A DNA stretch of 64,000 nt. It comes from Lentisphaerota bacterium. Lineage in GTDB: Bacteria > Verrucomicrobiota > Kiritimatiellia > CAIQIC01 > JAGNIJ01. The stretch is from contig JBPOJF010000003.1 in the NCBI GenBank assembly GCA_052033915.1, positions 58,695-122,694 on the forward strand. Direction: 5' to 3'. The stretch's first letter is position 1, and every line of letters begins with the position of its first letter. This document shows positions 19,561-29,438 of this stretch, one piece after another. Under the pieces are notes generated by a model that did no database searches, was not told the DNA's origin, and worked only from the letters and a program-made list of their open reading frames with translations. Position numbers and translations under genes: made by a program.

Positions 19561-19590
19561 TTGACTCTGCCCGAAAACCCGTCTAAAAGA
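19561..19590 (+). promoter_or_regulatory. Putative sigma-70-type promoter for the rpmH operon
   Basis: TTGACT, 17-nt spacer, TAAAAG, ~35 nt upstream of rpmH ATG in an AT-rich patch. Confidence 0.3.
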
Positions 19591-19623
19591 TTACGTTTCT
19601 AAATTATTCATAGAGAACAGAGC

Positions 19624-19758
19624 ATGAAACGGACATATCAGCCTTCGAAGATCAAGAGAAAGCGCACGCATGGGTTCCGCAAGCGCATGAAGACGCGGCA
19701 GGGCCGCGAAGTGATTGCCCGCCGTCGCCGCAAGGGACGCAAAAAGCTTTCGGTGTAA
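19624..19758 (+). CDS. rpmH: 50S ribosomal protein L34
   Basis: [44 protein letters not shown], 44 aa; below the ORF-track size cutoff. Confidence 0.92.
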   Translation: MKRTYQPSKIKRKRTHGFRKRMKTRQGREVIARRRRKGRKKLSV

Positions 19759-19768
19759 AGGAGTTGCG

Positions 19769-20209
19769 ATGCCGGGGAGTCCCGAAACGGCCCCGGAGTC
19801 GGGGCAGTTTCCCCAGGGCCGGAGCACGGGTCCGGGGAAGCCGGATCAGCGGCTGGGACGGAACCAACGCCTGACCCAGGCGTCTCTATTTCAACAGACC
19901 TATGCGCAGGGCCGGCGCGCCATCGGCCGCTTCATGGTCCTGTGGCTTCGCGAGGGGGAGGGCGCCTCCCTGCGGCTGGGCGTGGTGGCGAGCCGTAAAG
20001 TCGGAGGCGCGGTCCAGCGCGCGCGGGCCAAGCGGTTGATGCGGGAAGCGTATCGCCGCCACCGTCACCAGTTGGCCGGTCCGTTCGATGTCGTGCTTGT
20101 GGCGCGGCGCGGGATTCTGGATGCGGCGTGGGATGAGATTGTGAGCGAACTGCTGGCCTTGGCGAAGCGCGCGGGACTGGCGGCCGCCGAGAGGAAACTT
20201 GAGCCTTGA
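19769..20209 (+). CDS. rnpA: Ribonuclease P protein component
   Basis: AAGGAG RBS then ATG 19769; [17 protein letters not shown]...FMVLWL...[27 protein letters not shown]. Confidence 0.9.
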   Translation: MPGSPETAPESGQFPQGRSTGPGKPDQRLGRNQRLTQASLFQQTYAQGRRAIGRFMVLWLREGEGASLRLGVVASRKVGGAVQRARAKRLMREAYRRHRHQLAGPFDVVLVARRGILDAAWDEIVSELLALAKRAGLAAAERKLEP

Positions 20210-20481
20210 AACCTGGAACATGGAACTGGGTTGTCCGATTGCCGTCCCGAATCGCCGTCGGGTTGATCCGGGCGTACCAGTTCGCGCTTTCGCCGCTGGT
20301 CGGGTCTTGCTGCCGGTTTTATCCGACGTGCTCGAATTACATGATGGAGGCCGTTCAAACGCACGGCGCGTGCCGCGGTGTCTGGCTCGGCGTGAAGAGG
20401 CTTTTCAAGTGCCATCCTCTTCATCCGGGCGGCGTGGATCCCGTTCCGGCCGCCGTACAGGCGCGGATTGATAAGAGATGA
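20206..20481 (+). CDS. yidD: Membrane protein insertion efficiency factor YidD
   Basis: [31 protein letters not shown]...[14 protein letters not shown]; TTG start overlapping rnpA stop (TTGA); stop overlaps yidC ATG (ATGA). Confidence 0.8.
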   Translation: MKPGTWNWVVRLPSRIAVGLIRAYQFALSPLVGSCCRFYPTCSNYMMEAVQTHGACRGVWLGVKRLFKCHPLHPGGVDPVPAAVQARIDKR

Positions 20482-22274
20482 AGAAACAAGACATTGTCAT
20501 TTTAGCCGTTCTGTTCGCGCTGTGGATCGCGTGGCCGACCGTCGATCGCCAGCTCAAGAAACGCTTTTTCAAGACCGCGCCCGCGGCGGAGCAGACGGTT
20601 CAGGCGGAGCAGCCGGCCCAGGCGCCGGCCGCCCTCGTGGAATCCCCCGCGTCGGCGGCGGAACCCGTCATCGCGGAATCCCCCGTTGCCGCTCCGGGTG
20701 CGCCGGCGGTTGTCGAGGAACCTTCGCCCGTAGCGCCGGAAAAGACCGCCGTGCTGGAAAACGAGAAGCTGAAGGTGGTCGTTTCCTCGCGCGGCGCGGC
20801 TGTGGTGTCCGCCGAACTGAAGAATTTCCGGACCGCCTTGGATCCCGCCAGCCAGCCGGTGTTTCTCGACTTCGACAGGGACCGGGCGCTGGTGTACTCG
20901 GGGCTCGACGGATTTTCGGCCGGCAGCGATTTCGAGATCTCCGTGTTCGCGGCAGACCGGTCGGTCCGGTTCAGTCGCAGGGCGGCGTCGGGTCTGACCT
21001 TGAGCAGAACGCTCAGCCTCGGCGAGGGGTACAGGCTCAAGGTGACCGACGAACTGAAAAACGAGGCGGCTCAACCGCTTTTTGTCCCGGCCCATTACAT
21101 CCAGATCGGGCCGATGCGTAACCTCGAAGGCGAAACGCCGATTGCGGGTGTGGCCCCCTTGGGGGTGGATACCCTTTCGCCGGGCGGCGAGAAGGTTGCC
21201 TATTGGGGCAACAATATTCCGAAGGGATTCAGCGCCGCGATGGAGGAGAAGGGCCTTCCCAAAATCCCGGTGAGGATCGATTGGCCCATCGACAAGCCTG
21301 TGGATTGGGTGGCGGTCAAAAACAAGTACTTCACGCAGATCCTCACGCCTGACAGCGGTGGCGAGAAGGTGATGGTCCACGCGGTGCGACAGGTTCCGCC
21401 GGCCGAAAGGGCGGATCCGTCGGTCAAGCCCAAGGGGGCCATGATCGAAGAGATCTTCGCGTCCGTTCTGCTTCCCGATCTCAAGATCGGCGCCGGCGAG
21501 GTCATGGCGCGGACGTTCCAGTATTACGTGGGTCCCAAGCAGTACTCGGAGTTGAGCAAGAACGGGCTTCACCAGGTGGATGTCATGGAGTTCGGGATGT
21601 GGAGGGCCATCGGCAAACTGCTCCTCAAGATCATGAACGCCATCCATGATCACCTCTGGCCGCACAACTACGGCGTGGCGATCATTCTCCTGACGATCCT
21701 CGTGCGCATCGTGTTCTGGCCGATCACGCGCAAGAGCACCGAGAGCATGAAGAAGATGCAGGAGATCCAGCCGCTCGTGAAGGCGGTCCAGGTCAAGTAC
21801 AAGGACAACGTTCAGAAACAGCAGCAGGAGATCATGGACCTGTACAAGGAGCACAAGGTCAATCCGCTCGGCGGCTGTCTTCCGATGCTGATCCAGATTC
21901 CGGTCTTCATTGCCCTCTTCGTGGTGTTGCGCAGCGCGATTGAACTGCGGTTCGCGCACTTCCTTTGGATCAAGGATTTGAGCCAGCCGGAGAACCTGTT
22001 CCCGGGCATCCTTCCGTTCGGCCTGTCGCTCAACCTTCTGCCGATCTTCATGGCCGCCACGATGTTCTGGCAGCAGAAGCTCACGCCGAGCGCCGGCGCC
22101 GATCCGAACCAGCAGAAGATCATGGTGTTCATGCCGGTCATGATGCTGGTCATGTTCTACAACTTCGCCTCCGGCCTTGCGCTGTACTGGACGACGCAGA
22201 ATATCCTGATGATAGCCCAGCAACTGTTGATGAAGAAGAAGTCCAAAGTCCAAGGTCTCAAGTCCAAAGTCTGA
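20478..22274 (+). CDS. yidC: Membrane protein insertase YidC
   Basis: N-terminal TM anchor, large periplasmic domain, conserved C-terminal 5-TM core (...[20 protein letters not shown]..., ...[14 protein letters not shown]...); the last ~11 codons come from family-A repeat units. Confidence 0.95.
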   Translation: MKKQDIVILAVLFALWIAWPTVDRQLKKRFFKTAPAAEQTVQAEQPAQAPAALVESPASAAEPVIAESPVAAPGAPAVVEEPSPVAPEKTAVLENEKLKVVVSSRGAAVVSAELKNFRTALDPASQPVFLDFDRDRALVYSGLDGFSAGSDFEISVFAADRSVRFSRRAASGLTLSRTLSLGEGYRLKVTDELKNEAAQPLFVPAHYIQIGPMRNLEGETPIAGVAPLGVDTLSPGGEKVAYWGNNIPKGFSAAMEEKGLPKIPVRIDWPIDKPVDWVAVKNKYFTQILTPDSGGEKVMVHAVRQVPPAERADPSVKPKGAMIEEIFASVLLPDLKIGAGEVMARTFQYYVGPKQYSELSKNGLHQVDVMEFGMWRAIGKLLLKIMNAIHDHLWPHNYGVAIILLTILVRIVFWPITRKSTESMKKMQEIQPLVKAVQVKYKDNVQKQQQEIMDLYKEHKVNPLGGCLPMLIQIPVFIALFVVLRSAIELRFAHFLWIKDLSQPENLFPGILPFGLSLNLLPIFMAATMFWQQKLTPSAGADPNQQKIMVFMPVMMLVMFYNFASGLALYWTTQNILMIAQQLLMKKKSKVQGLKSKV

Positions 22275-22318
22275 GCCCATCTTGAGGGTTGACTTTGGAC
22301 CTTGGACGTTGGACGTTG
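22241..22318. repeat. Repeat family A hairpin element spanning the yidC stop codon
   Basis: GTCCAAAGTCCAAGGTCTCAAGTCCAAAGTCTGAGCCCATCTTGAGGGTTGACTTTGGACCTTGGACGTTGGAC. Confidence 0.6.
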
Positions 22319-22328
22319 AACCCGGTTC

Positions 22329-22850
22329 ATGAGCGATCACGATTCAGTCAAAAGAACCCGCGAACAGGCCCAGACCTTCCTGGCGGACGTGCTGCGCCTC
22401 ATGGGGTTTGAAGCCAGGGTCGAGGCGTTCGATCTGCCGGACAACGAGGTTCTTCTGCACATTGAATCGGCCGACGCCGGCCGCCTGATCGGCCGCGACG
22501 CCCAGGGCCTCGCAGCCCTCCAACTGGTGCTGAACCGCATGGTCTGGCGGTCTCCTGAACGCACCGGCCGCTTCATCGTGGACGTCGAACGCTACCGCGA
22601 GCGCAGGAAGGATCGCCTGTTGAACATGGCGCTCAATGCCGCGGAACAAGTCCGGCAGACGGGACATGCCGTGAAACTGGCCCCGATGAACGCCGCGGAC
22701 CGCCGGATTATCCATCATGCGATCATGAATCAAAAGGATCTGCGGACGTGGTCCGAAGTCCTCGATGGCGAACATGAGAAATGCGTTGTTGTGGACAAGG
22801 CCGAGCCGTCTGTCGGCAGCGACTCGCCGCCCGGCAACCACATCCAGTGA
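22329..22850 (+). CDS. jag: Jag/KhpB RNA-binding protein (Jag_N, KH, R3H)
   Basis: Conserved position downstream of yidC; ...LHIESADAGRLIGRDAQGLAALQLVLNRMV... (KH) and ...LAPMNAADRRIIHHAIMNQKDLRTWSE (R3H). Confidence 0.85.
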   Translation: MSDHDSVKRTREQAQTFLADVLRLMGFEARVEAFDLPDNEVLLHIESADAGRLIGRDAQGLAALQLVLNRMVWRSPERTGRFIVDVERYRERRKDRLLNMALNAAEQVRQTGHAVKLAPMNAADRRIIHHAIMNQKDLRTWSEVLDGEHEKCVVVDKAEPSVGSDSPPGNHIQ

Positions 22851-22896
22851 ACAGCAGACGGTGAGGCGCCAGGAAAGGCTTACCCATCTCCCCTCC

Positions 22897-24564
22897 ATGC
22901 AACGCAACCTCAAACGACTTTCCGCGGAACCCTACGACCTCCTGATCATCGGCGGCGGTATCAACGGCCTCGCCGCGGCCTGGGACGCGTCGCTGCGCGG
23001 CTTGAAGACGGCGCTGGTCGAGAAGAGAGACTTTGGCGCGGAAACATCGTCCGCCACCTTGAAGATTGTCCACGGTGGCCTGCGGTATCTCCAACATCTC
23101 GATTTCGTCCGCATGCGCGAATCGATCCGCGAGCGCTCCACGATGCTTCGCATCGCGCCGCACCTGGTGGAGCCGTTCCCGTTTCTCGTCCCGACCTACG
23201 GGCACTTCATGCAGGGCAAGGAAGCGATGACCGCCGCGGTGCTCATGAATGAGATCATGAGTTTCGACCGCAACCGTCGCCTGCCGGACCCGGCGCGCCG
23301 GATTCCCTCGGGCCGGATCATCTCGAAGAAGGAATGTCTCGAACTCGCGCCGGGCGTCGAGCCGAAGGGTCTGACCGGCGGCATGATTTTCTATGACGCG
23401 CAGATGTACAACTCCGAGCGGCTCACGCTTTGTTTCGCGTTGTCGGCCGCCGCGAAGGGCGCGGACCTGGCCAACTACGTCGAGGTGACGCGCGTCATCC
23501 GCGAGAACAACCGGGTCGTGGGCGCGAAAGCAAAAGACCTTCTGACGGGGTCCGATTTTGAGATTCGGGCGGCGGTCACGGCCAATATGACCGGACCCTG
23601 GTCGGACATAGTCGTGGACCTGATCGACGCGCCGCAGCCCGACCGCCGGGTCGTGCGCTCCAAGGGGATTCAGATCGTCACGCCGAGACTGACCGACAAG
23701 GTCGCGCTTGCCGTGCCCAGCGCGTACGAGGACCCCGATGCGATCCTCAGCCGCGGCGCGCGGAATTTCTTCATCACCCCGTGGCGCGGGGTCTCGCTCG
23801 TCGGCACGACAGACACCGTGTACGAGGGCGACCCGGACCATTTCCGGATCACGGCGAAGGATGTGGCCGATTACGTCGAGGAGATCAACCAGTCCCTGCC
23901 GTCCGCGAAGCTGAAGCCCGAGCAGATCCCGTTCGCCTTCGGCGGCTTGAGGCCGATCACCGAGAAGAACATCGATGCGGGCTCGAAAGTCGCGCGAAAG
24001 TACGAGGTCAATGACCACGCTGTTGACCTGGGCATCGAGGGGTTCTTCTCGATCGTCGGCGTGAAATACACGACCTGCCGTTTCCTCGCGGAGAAGGTGG
24101 TCGATCTTGCGTTTGCGAAACTCGGCCGCCCGTCGCCGAAGGCCGTGACCGACAGCACGCCGCTGGCCGGCGGTGCGATCGAACGCTTTGACGAGTTCAT
24201 GAGCCGCTCGATTGCCGAACGGCCTGCCGGGTTCGACGAACCCATGATGCGCCATCTCGTGCGCAGCTACGGGTCGGACGTTGCCGTCATCACGGACCTG
24301 GCGAAGCAGGACCCGAAGCTTGGGGAGAGGATTCCCGGTTCCGGGGAAGTCGCGAGGGCGGAGGTCGTTCATGCGGTCAGAAACGAATGCGCGCTCCGGC
24401 TGGAAGACGTGGTTCTGCGGCGGACGGATCTCGGCACGCTGGGCCATCCGGGACGGCCCGCGCTGGACGCGTGCGCGGACATCATGGCCGGCGAACTGGG
24501 CTGGGATGCCGGGCGCCGACAGCGCGAGATGGACGCCGTGGAAGATCGATACAGATTCGTTTAA
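22897..24564 (+). CDS. glpD: FAD-dependent glycerol-3-phosphate dehydrogenase
   Basis: YDLLIIGGGINGLAAAWDASLRGLKTALVEKRDFGAETSSATLKIVHGGLRYL FAD-binding N-terminus and GlpD-like C-terminal domain; ATG 22897 gives a start clear of jag. Confidence 0.9.
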   Translation: MQRNLKRLSAEPYDLLIIGGGINGLAAAWDASLRGLKTALVEKRDFGAETSSATLKIVHGGLRYLQHLDFVRMRESIRERSTMLRIAPHLVEPFPFLVPTYGHFMQGKEAMTAAVLMNEIMSFDRNRRLPDPARRIPSGRIISKKECLELAPGVEPKGLTGGMIFYDAQMYNSERLTLCFALSAAAKGADLANYVEVTRVIRENNRVVGAKAKDLLTGSDFEIRAAVTANMTGPWSDIVVDLIDAPQPDRRVVRSKGIQIVTPRLTDKVALAVPSAYEDPDAILSRGARNFFITPWRGVSLVGTTDTVYEGDPDHFRITAKDVADYVEEINQSLPSAKLKPEQIPFAFGGLRPITEKNIDAGSKVARKYEVNDHAVDLGIEGFFSIVGVKYTTCRFLAEKVVDLAFAKLGRPSPKAVTDSTPLAGGAIERFDEFMSRSIAERPAGFDEPMMRHLVRSYGSDVAVITDLAKQDPKLGERIPGSGEVARAEVVHAVRNECALRLEDVVLRRTDLGTLGHPGRPALDACADIMAGELGWDAGRRQREMDAVEDRYRFV

Positions 24565-24624
24565 CGCAATAACGCAAAGAGAAGAAATAGGCGCAAAGCA
24601 TCAATTTTCCGCCTTTGCGTTAAG
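24561..24624. terminator. AT-rich inverted-repeat region between convergent glpD and the ABC permease (possible bidirectional terminator)
   Basis: TTAACGCAATAACGCAAAG ... GGCGCAAAGC ... CTTTGCGTTAAG; three direct and one inverted CGCAAAG copies; low-GC island. Confidence 0.35.
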
Positions 24625-24639
24625 AAACGACCCCTTCCT

Positions 24640-26346
24640 TTACACGCGGAACAGGGCTCCAAGCCGTCTGCCGAGGATGAGGCTGGCGCCGACAATGGTG
24701 ACGGTCAGGAAGCTCATGGCCCACACGCCCATCGCGGAGGCAAGGTATTTCCCGGTGCCAATCAGTTGGAACAGTTCGTAGATGGTTTTTGTGATCGGGT
24801 AGAAGTCCATGCGCTGGGCGAGCATCAGGCTGTCGGACACTTCGAGCATGCTGAACGCAAAGGCGAGCAGGGCGCCCGCGATCAGGTTTGCGAGGATGAG
24901 GGGCAGGGTAATGCGGCGAAGCGTGGTGAAAGGCCCGGCCCCGAGGTTGGCTGCCGACTCCTCGAACGTGACGGAGGTCTGCTGGAGCCCGGCCGCGGCG
25001 GAGCGGACCATGTACGGGAGCCGCCGCACGGCGTAGGCGATCACGAGGAACAGGGTCGGGTTGACGCGCACGTCGAACACCGATTGCCGGAAGGGGCTCT
25101 CCTTGACCCAGTCCGAGTTGCTGAACTGGGAACTGATCGCCAGGTAGCCGAACGCCATGACGAGTCCGGGGACGGCCAGCGGCAGCATCGCCAGGGCGTC
25201 CAGCACGCCCCGCGCGCGGATTTCGGAGCGCACGACGACAAACGCGATGGCGATCCCGATCACGATGTTCAGCAGAACGGCGAGCGAGGAATAGAGGAGG
25301 CTGTTCCGGATGCTGCTCACCGTCATGCTGTGGCCGAGCGCCTCGACGTAGTTCGCCGGCGAGTATTTCGCGGGCAGGACGGACTGGTACCAGCTTCCGG
25401 GCTCGCTGAAGCTCGTCAGGATGACCCCGGCATGCGGCAGGAGCGCCACGCCGATGACGGCGACGAACGGCAGCAGGACGAGAAGAGCCTTGATGCCGCG
25501 GACCGGCGTGGACGCCGCGGCCGTCGCGGCCTTGCTCTGCATTGCGAACGCCTTCCGGCCGAACAGCAGCTTGCCGGCGGCGTAGAGCAGGATGCTTACG
25601 GAAAGCATCACGGAGACGAGCGCGTACGGAAACGGATTGGAGCCGATCTCCTTCAGCGCGTCGAACACCTGCACCGGCGCGCAGCGCATGTAGTTCATGA
25701 TCAGCGGCGTGCCGAGCTCGGTGAAGCTCCAGATGAACACGATCGTGCCGCCGGCGAACAGTCCCGGCATGGTCAGCGGCAGGGTGATCCGGAAGAACCG
25801 CTTGAGCGGGGGACAGCCGAGGTTGGCGGCGGATTCCTCCATCGCGGGATCGATGTTCGCCAGCGCCGCCGCCACGTTGAGATACAGGATCGGGTAGAGC
25901 GACAGCGCCTGGAGGAGGATCACGCCGAAGTACCGCCCGCGCCCGAGCCAGTCGATCGGTCCGAGCCCGAGCAGGGCGTTCAGCGCGCCGTACTGGCCGA
26001 GAATTTGCTGGAAGCCGATTGCGCCGACGAAGGGCGGCAGGATCATCGGCACGAGCACGAGCCCGGTGACCCATTTCTTGCCGGGGAAGTCGAAGCGGTT
26101 CGAGAGCCAGGCGAGCGGGACGGAAATCAGCGTGACCAGCGCGGTGGCGCCGACGGCAATCATCAGACTGTTGAGCAGTCCCTCGGCGTAGATTGGGTTC
26201 TGGAAAACGCCCGCGAGGTACTTGAGCGTGAATTGGCCGCCGACGAAGAATCCGCCGCGGATGACTATCCAGAGCGGCGCGAGCAGGGCGACGCCGAGGA
26301 TCGTCAGCGTGGTCCAGAAGATGAGATGTGCCAATCCGCGTTGCAT
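24640..26346 (-). CDS. ABC transporter permease with two fused transmembrane domains (FbpB/ThiP-type)
   Basis: Two EAA-loop-bearing permease halves (..EESAANLGCPPLKRFFRITLPL.. and ..EESAANLGAGPFTTLRRITLPL..); ATG at 26346, ORF-track start is TTG. Confidence 0.85.
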   Translation of the reverse strand: MQRGLAHLIFWTTLTILGVALLAPLWIVIRGGFFVGGQFTLKYLAGVFQNPIYAEGLLNSLMIAVGATALVTLISVPLAWLSNRFDFPGKKWVTGLVLVPMILPPFVGAIGFQQILGQYGALNALLGLGPIDWLGRGRYFGVILLQALSLYPILYLNVAAALANIDPAMEESAANLGCPPLKRFFRITLPLTMPGLFAGGTIVFIWSFTELGTPLIMNYMRCAPVQVFDALKEIGSNPFPYALVSVMLSVSILLYAAGKLLFGRKAFAMQSKAATAAASTPVRGIKALLVLLPFVAVIGVALLPHAGVILTSFSEPGSWYQSVLPAKYSPANYVEALGHSMTVSSIRNSLLYSSLAVLLNIVIGIAIAFVVVRSEIRARGVLDALAMLPLAVPGLVMAFGYLAISSQFSNSDWVKESPFRQSVFDVRVNPTLFLVIAYAVRRLPYMVRSAAAGLQQTSVTFEESAANLGAGPFTTLRRITLPLILANLIAGALLAFAFSMLEVSDSLMLAQRMDFYPITKTIYELFQLIGTGKYLASAMGVWAMSFLTVTIVGASLILGRRLGALFRV

Positions 26347-26356
26347 GGGGTTCAAA

Positions 26357-26433
26357 CGTCCAAGGTCTAAAGTCCAAAGCTAGAGGATTCCTCCGACCTT
26401 CGACTTTGGACTCTAGACTTTAGATTTTAGACT
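26357..26433. repeat. Repeat family A hairpin element inside the ABC operon
   Basis: ACGTCCAAGGTCTAAAGTCCAAAGCTAGAGGATTCCTCCGACCTTCGACTTTGGACTCTAGACTTTAGATTTTAGAC between permease start and substrate-binding-protein stop. Confidence 0.6.
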
Positions 26434-26443
26434 ACTCCCGTCT

Positions 26444-28183
26444 TCATCTTTCCGCCATTTGCTTAGCTCTTCTGTAGTTTTCCCTGTAGAACGCCGTCCA
26501 CTCCCTCAGGTAATCCAGCCGATCATACTTTTTTGAAAACGTCACGGCGGATTGCCATGTCAGCGGTTCCGGCTTGTCGGGCAGGCGGCTGAACAGTTCC
26601 ATCGCCGCGGCCTGCTTTTCCGGCCCGCCGTTCCGGATGATCGCGTTCCACGCGTCGTGCAGTTCATCCACGGAATCGAGGCACATCGCGCGGACGAGGT
26701 CGCGCTGGATGTTGAAGTGCCGGGCAGTCCACCGGCTCCGGTACGTGAAGTTGGTCGCGAGGGAGTAGGGGTTGACGGCGGGATCGGCGAGGTTGTCCAC
26801 GGAGTACTTGGCGTGTTCGCGCCACCCGAATGTCCCCATCCCACACTTTATAAAGTGTGGGATACCGGTGTCCGGTGTCGGGGGATAGAAGTTGCGTTGG
26901 ATCGGGAGGCGGCGCAGGGCGAACTTGTGCGGGCCGCCGGGTGTTCCGGGCCGGTAGGCCCACAGTTTCTGGCCGTCCTCGCTCAGCAGGTACCGGATGA
27001 AACGGGTCGCAGTTTCGCGGTTCTCCGCGCCGCGCAGGAGGCCGACGGGGTCGCAACTGACGCTCGACCCGCCCACGGGCGTGACGTAGATCATGCGCTC
27101 GGAACCATCCGGCGCGCGGCTGCACTGAGCCTGGTACCGGCCATAGAAATCGATCGCCAGTCCGATCGCCGCATCGCCCATGCTCACGTCGATGGTCACC
27201 TTGCCGGCGGCGTCGGTGAAATACCGCGCGTTCGCGCCGATGCGCTGGATCAGCCGGATGCCGTTTCCCCAACCGCGCTCCACGGCGGCCTGGTATTCCG
27301 ACGGAACGTCCTCCGGCCGTTCGCCCGGCGGAAGATGTGCGGCCTGAAAGGAGGCTTCGAACGTCTCGATCTGCGCGTCGTTGAAGCCCGCGCTGATGAC
27401 CGACTGATGGCATTTCTGCTGGACGATCATCTCGAAAGCTTTTGCGATGCTTCCGCTCTTGGTCGGGTCGCACGCGGCGACCTGCCGGAAGTACGCCGGG
27501 TCGGCGAGATCGTCCCATTGCGTCGGCGGCTTGCCGACTTTCAGGTCTCGGAGCCGGTCCAGGTTGTAACAGATCCCGAACGTGCTGAGGACGTTGCCGA
27601 ACATCCGCGATGTGCGCCACGTCTCGCCGCTCATCTTCTCGGGGATGTCGGTGACTTCCGCCGGCGTCTTGCCCGCCGGCCAGGGGTCAACAATCAGGCC
27701 CTGCCGGTACGCGTCACTGTGGTCGTACTCGCCGCCGCCCCAGAGCAGATCCACCTTGCTCGTGAATTCCCGGGGATCGTCGGTATTCCGGAAGATTTCG
27801 TGGATTTCCTTCAGTTCGGGCGCCGTGCCGGGATCGAGCGTGCGCGCCACGACCGCGTCGCCGGCCCCCGCAGGCCACGGCTTGCCTTTGCCCATCCACC
27901 AGCCGCGCGCCGCGGCGACGTATTCGGAACCCAGGTAGCGCATGATTTCTGATGTCCCGCCCAGCGCGCGCCAGTCCACCTTCGCAGGCCGGCCGAAGTT
28001 TCTGGAGTGCCATTCCGAAAAACCGCGCGCAAACTCATATCGGATCGCCTCGTTCATCGGCGTGATGATGACGACCACGGGATCGCCCGGCCGCCACGCT
28101 AAATCCTCCTGAGGCCGGCGGAAGAGAAAGGGGAGGGCGATGATGAGGGCGGCGAGGAGAAGGATGATAGTGTTTCGAATCAT
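26444..28183 (-). CDS. ABC transporter extracytoplasmic substrate-binding protein (large, ~580 aa; N-terminal signal anchor)
   Basis: MIRNTIILLLAALIIALPFLF signal anchor; operon context with PotA-like ATPase and fused permease; family-B repeat between it and the ATPase supports start at 28183. Confidence 0.7.
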   Translation of the reverse strand: MIRNTIILLLAALIIALPFLFRRPQEDLAWRPGDPVVVIITPMNEAIRYEFARGFSEWHSRNFGRPAKVDWRALGGTSEIMRYLGSEYVAAARGWWMGKGKPWPAGAGDAVVARTLDPGTAPELKEIHEIFRNTDDPREFTSKVDLLWGGGEYDHSDAYRQGLIVDPWPAGKTPAEVTDIPEKMSGETWRTSRMFGNVLSTFGICYNLDRLRDLKVGKPPTQWDDLADPAYFRQVAACDPTKSGSIAKAFEMIVQQKCHQSVISAGFNDAQIETFEASFQAAHLPPGERPEDVPSEYQAAVERGWGNGIRLIQRIGANARYFTDAAGKVTIDVSMGDAAIGLAIDFYGRYQAQCSRAPDGSERMIYVTPVGGSSVSCDPVGLLRGAENRETATRFIRYLLSEDGQKLWAYRPGTPGGPHKFALRRLPIQRNFYPPTPDTGIPHFIKCGMGTFGWREHAKYSVDNLADPAVNPYSLATNFTYRSRWTARHFNIQRDLVRAMCLDSVDELHDAWNAIIRNGGPEKQAAAMELFSRLPDKPEPLTWQSAVTFSKKYDRLDYLREWTAFYRENYRRAKQMAER

Positions 28184-28193
28184 AATCAGCCAA

Positions 28194-28273
28194 ATAACGA
28201 ATGACGAATAACCAATGACGGATTGGGTCGCACTGGGCATTTAGTCGTTGGACATTCATTCGTCATTTCGTCA
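28194..28273. repeat. Repeat family B (GTCATTC heptamers) in inverted arrangement, spanning the ATPase stop codon
   Basis: AACGAATGACGAATAACCAATGACG ... CATTCATTCGTCATTTCGTCA. Confidence 0.55.
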
Positions 28274-29345
28274 GCACGACCACGTCCTCCGGCTCAAACC
28301 ATGTCTTTGTCTTTTCCACGTGCTCGTCGCGCGCGACGAATTTCGGGTGAAGCTCGAACACCTTGAGTTCAACGCCGCCCTGGGCGATCGTCACCTGGTG
28401 CTGGGCGACTTCGCCGAGGTACATCGTGTCGTGGATGGCGCAGTCGAATACGTTGGCCGCGCCGGCCTGCGGCCGGCCCACGCGGATGGTCTCCGGGCGC
28501 AGGGAGAGGGTCACGGGGTCGCCGGTGCGGACAGGTTGCGGCGGTTGGGCCGTGCTGACGATGTTGCCGATCGGCGTGCCGATTTCCAGGTGACCGTCGG
28601 AGGCTTGCCGTACGGCGCCTTCGATGAAGTTCGTTTCGCCGATGAAGTTGGCGACGAAGCGGCTGTTGGGACGCAGGTACACTTCCTGGGGCTTGCCGCA
28701 TTGCCGGATCAGGCCCTTGTCGAGAATCGCGAGGCGGTCGGCGATGGAGAGCGATTCCTTCTGGTCGTGCGTGACGTAGATCGCGGTGAGCCCCGCCTGC
28801 TTGCAGATGCGGCGGATTTCCAAGCGCATTTCGAGGCGCAATTTCGCGTCGAGGTTCGAAAGCGGCTCGTCGAGCAGGAGGCACTGCGGCCTGATCACCA
28901 GCGCGCGCGCAAGAGCCACGCGCTGCTGCTGGCCGCCCGACAGCTCGTTCGGCTTGCAGTCTGCGCGGTCCGCCATCTTCACCATGTCGAGGGCGTCCGC
29001 GACACGCCGCCGACGCTCGCCGGGGGAGACCTTCCGAAGCTCCAGGCCGAACGCGACGTTCTCGCTTACGGTCATGTGCGGCCACAGGGCGTAGCTCTGG
29101 AATACCATGCCGGTGTCGCGCTCGTGGGGCGGCAGGTTCGAAATGTCCGCACCGCCGATCCGGATCGAGCCGCTGTCCGGGATGCAGAAGCCCGCGACGC
29201 ATCGGAGCAGCGTCGTCTTGCCGCAGCCGCTCGGGCCGAGCAGGAAAAAGAGTTCGCCGGGTTCGATCAGGAGGCTTACGTCGTCCAGCGCGCGGGTGGA
29301 ACCGAACGCCTTGTTCAGTTTATTCATGTGGACCGAAACGGCCAT
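28263..29345 (-). CDS. ABC transporter ATP-binding protein (PotA/FbpC-like with C-terminal TOBE-like domain)
   Basis: GPSGCGKTT Walker A, LSGGQQQRVALARAL signature, LLLDEPLSNLD Walker B, H-loop YVTHD. Confidence 0.9.
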   Translation of the reverse strand: MAVSVHMNKLNKAFGSTRALDDVSLLIEPGELFFLLGPSGCGKTTLLRCVAGFCIPDSGSIRIGGADISNLPPHERDTGMVFQSYALWPHMTVSENVAFGLELRKVSPGERRRRVADALDMVKMADRADCKPNELSGGQQQRVALARALVIRPQCLLLDEPLSNLDAKLRLEMRLEIRRICKQAGLTAIYVTHDQKESLSIADRLAILDKGLIRQCGKPQEVYLRPNSRFVANFIGETNFIEGAVRQASDGHLEIGTPIGNIVSTAQPPQPVRTGDPVTLSLRPETIRVGRPQAGAANVFDCAIHDTMYLGEVAQHQVTIAQGGVELKVFELHPKFVARDEHVEKTKTWFEPEDVVVLTK

Positions 29346-29438
29346 GAGTGGAAGTAGTGTATCGGGCCGGCAGGGTATGGAAAGAGGCTTTTTTCAGCAT
29401 CGACTCGCTTTTCGGAATGGATGATGAAATTGCTTTCA

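Noticed and set aside
19477-19623. Replication origin next to rpmH-rnpA-yidC
   Set aside because: No dnaA gene and no TTATCCACA-type DnaA boxes in the region. The upstream gene is an unrelated methyltransferase.
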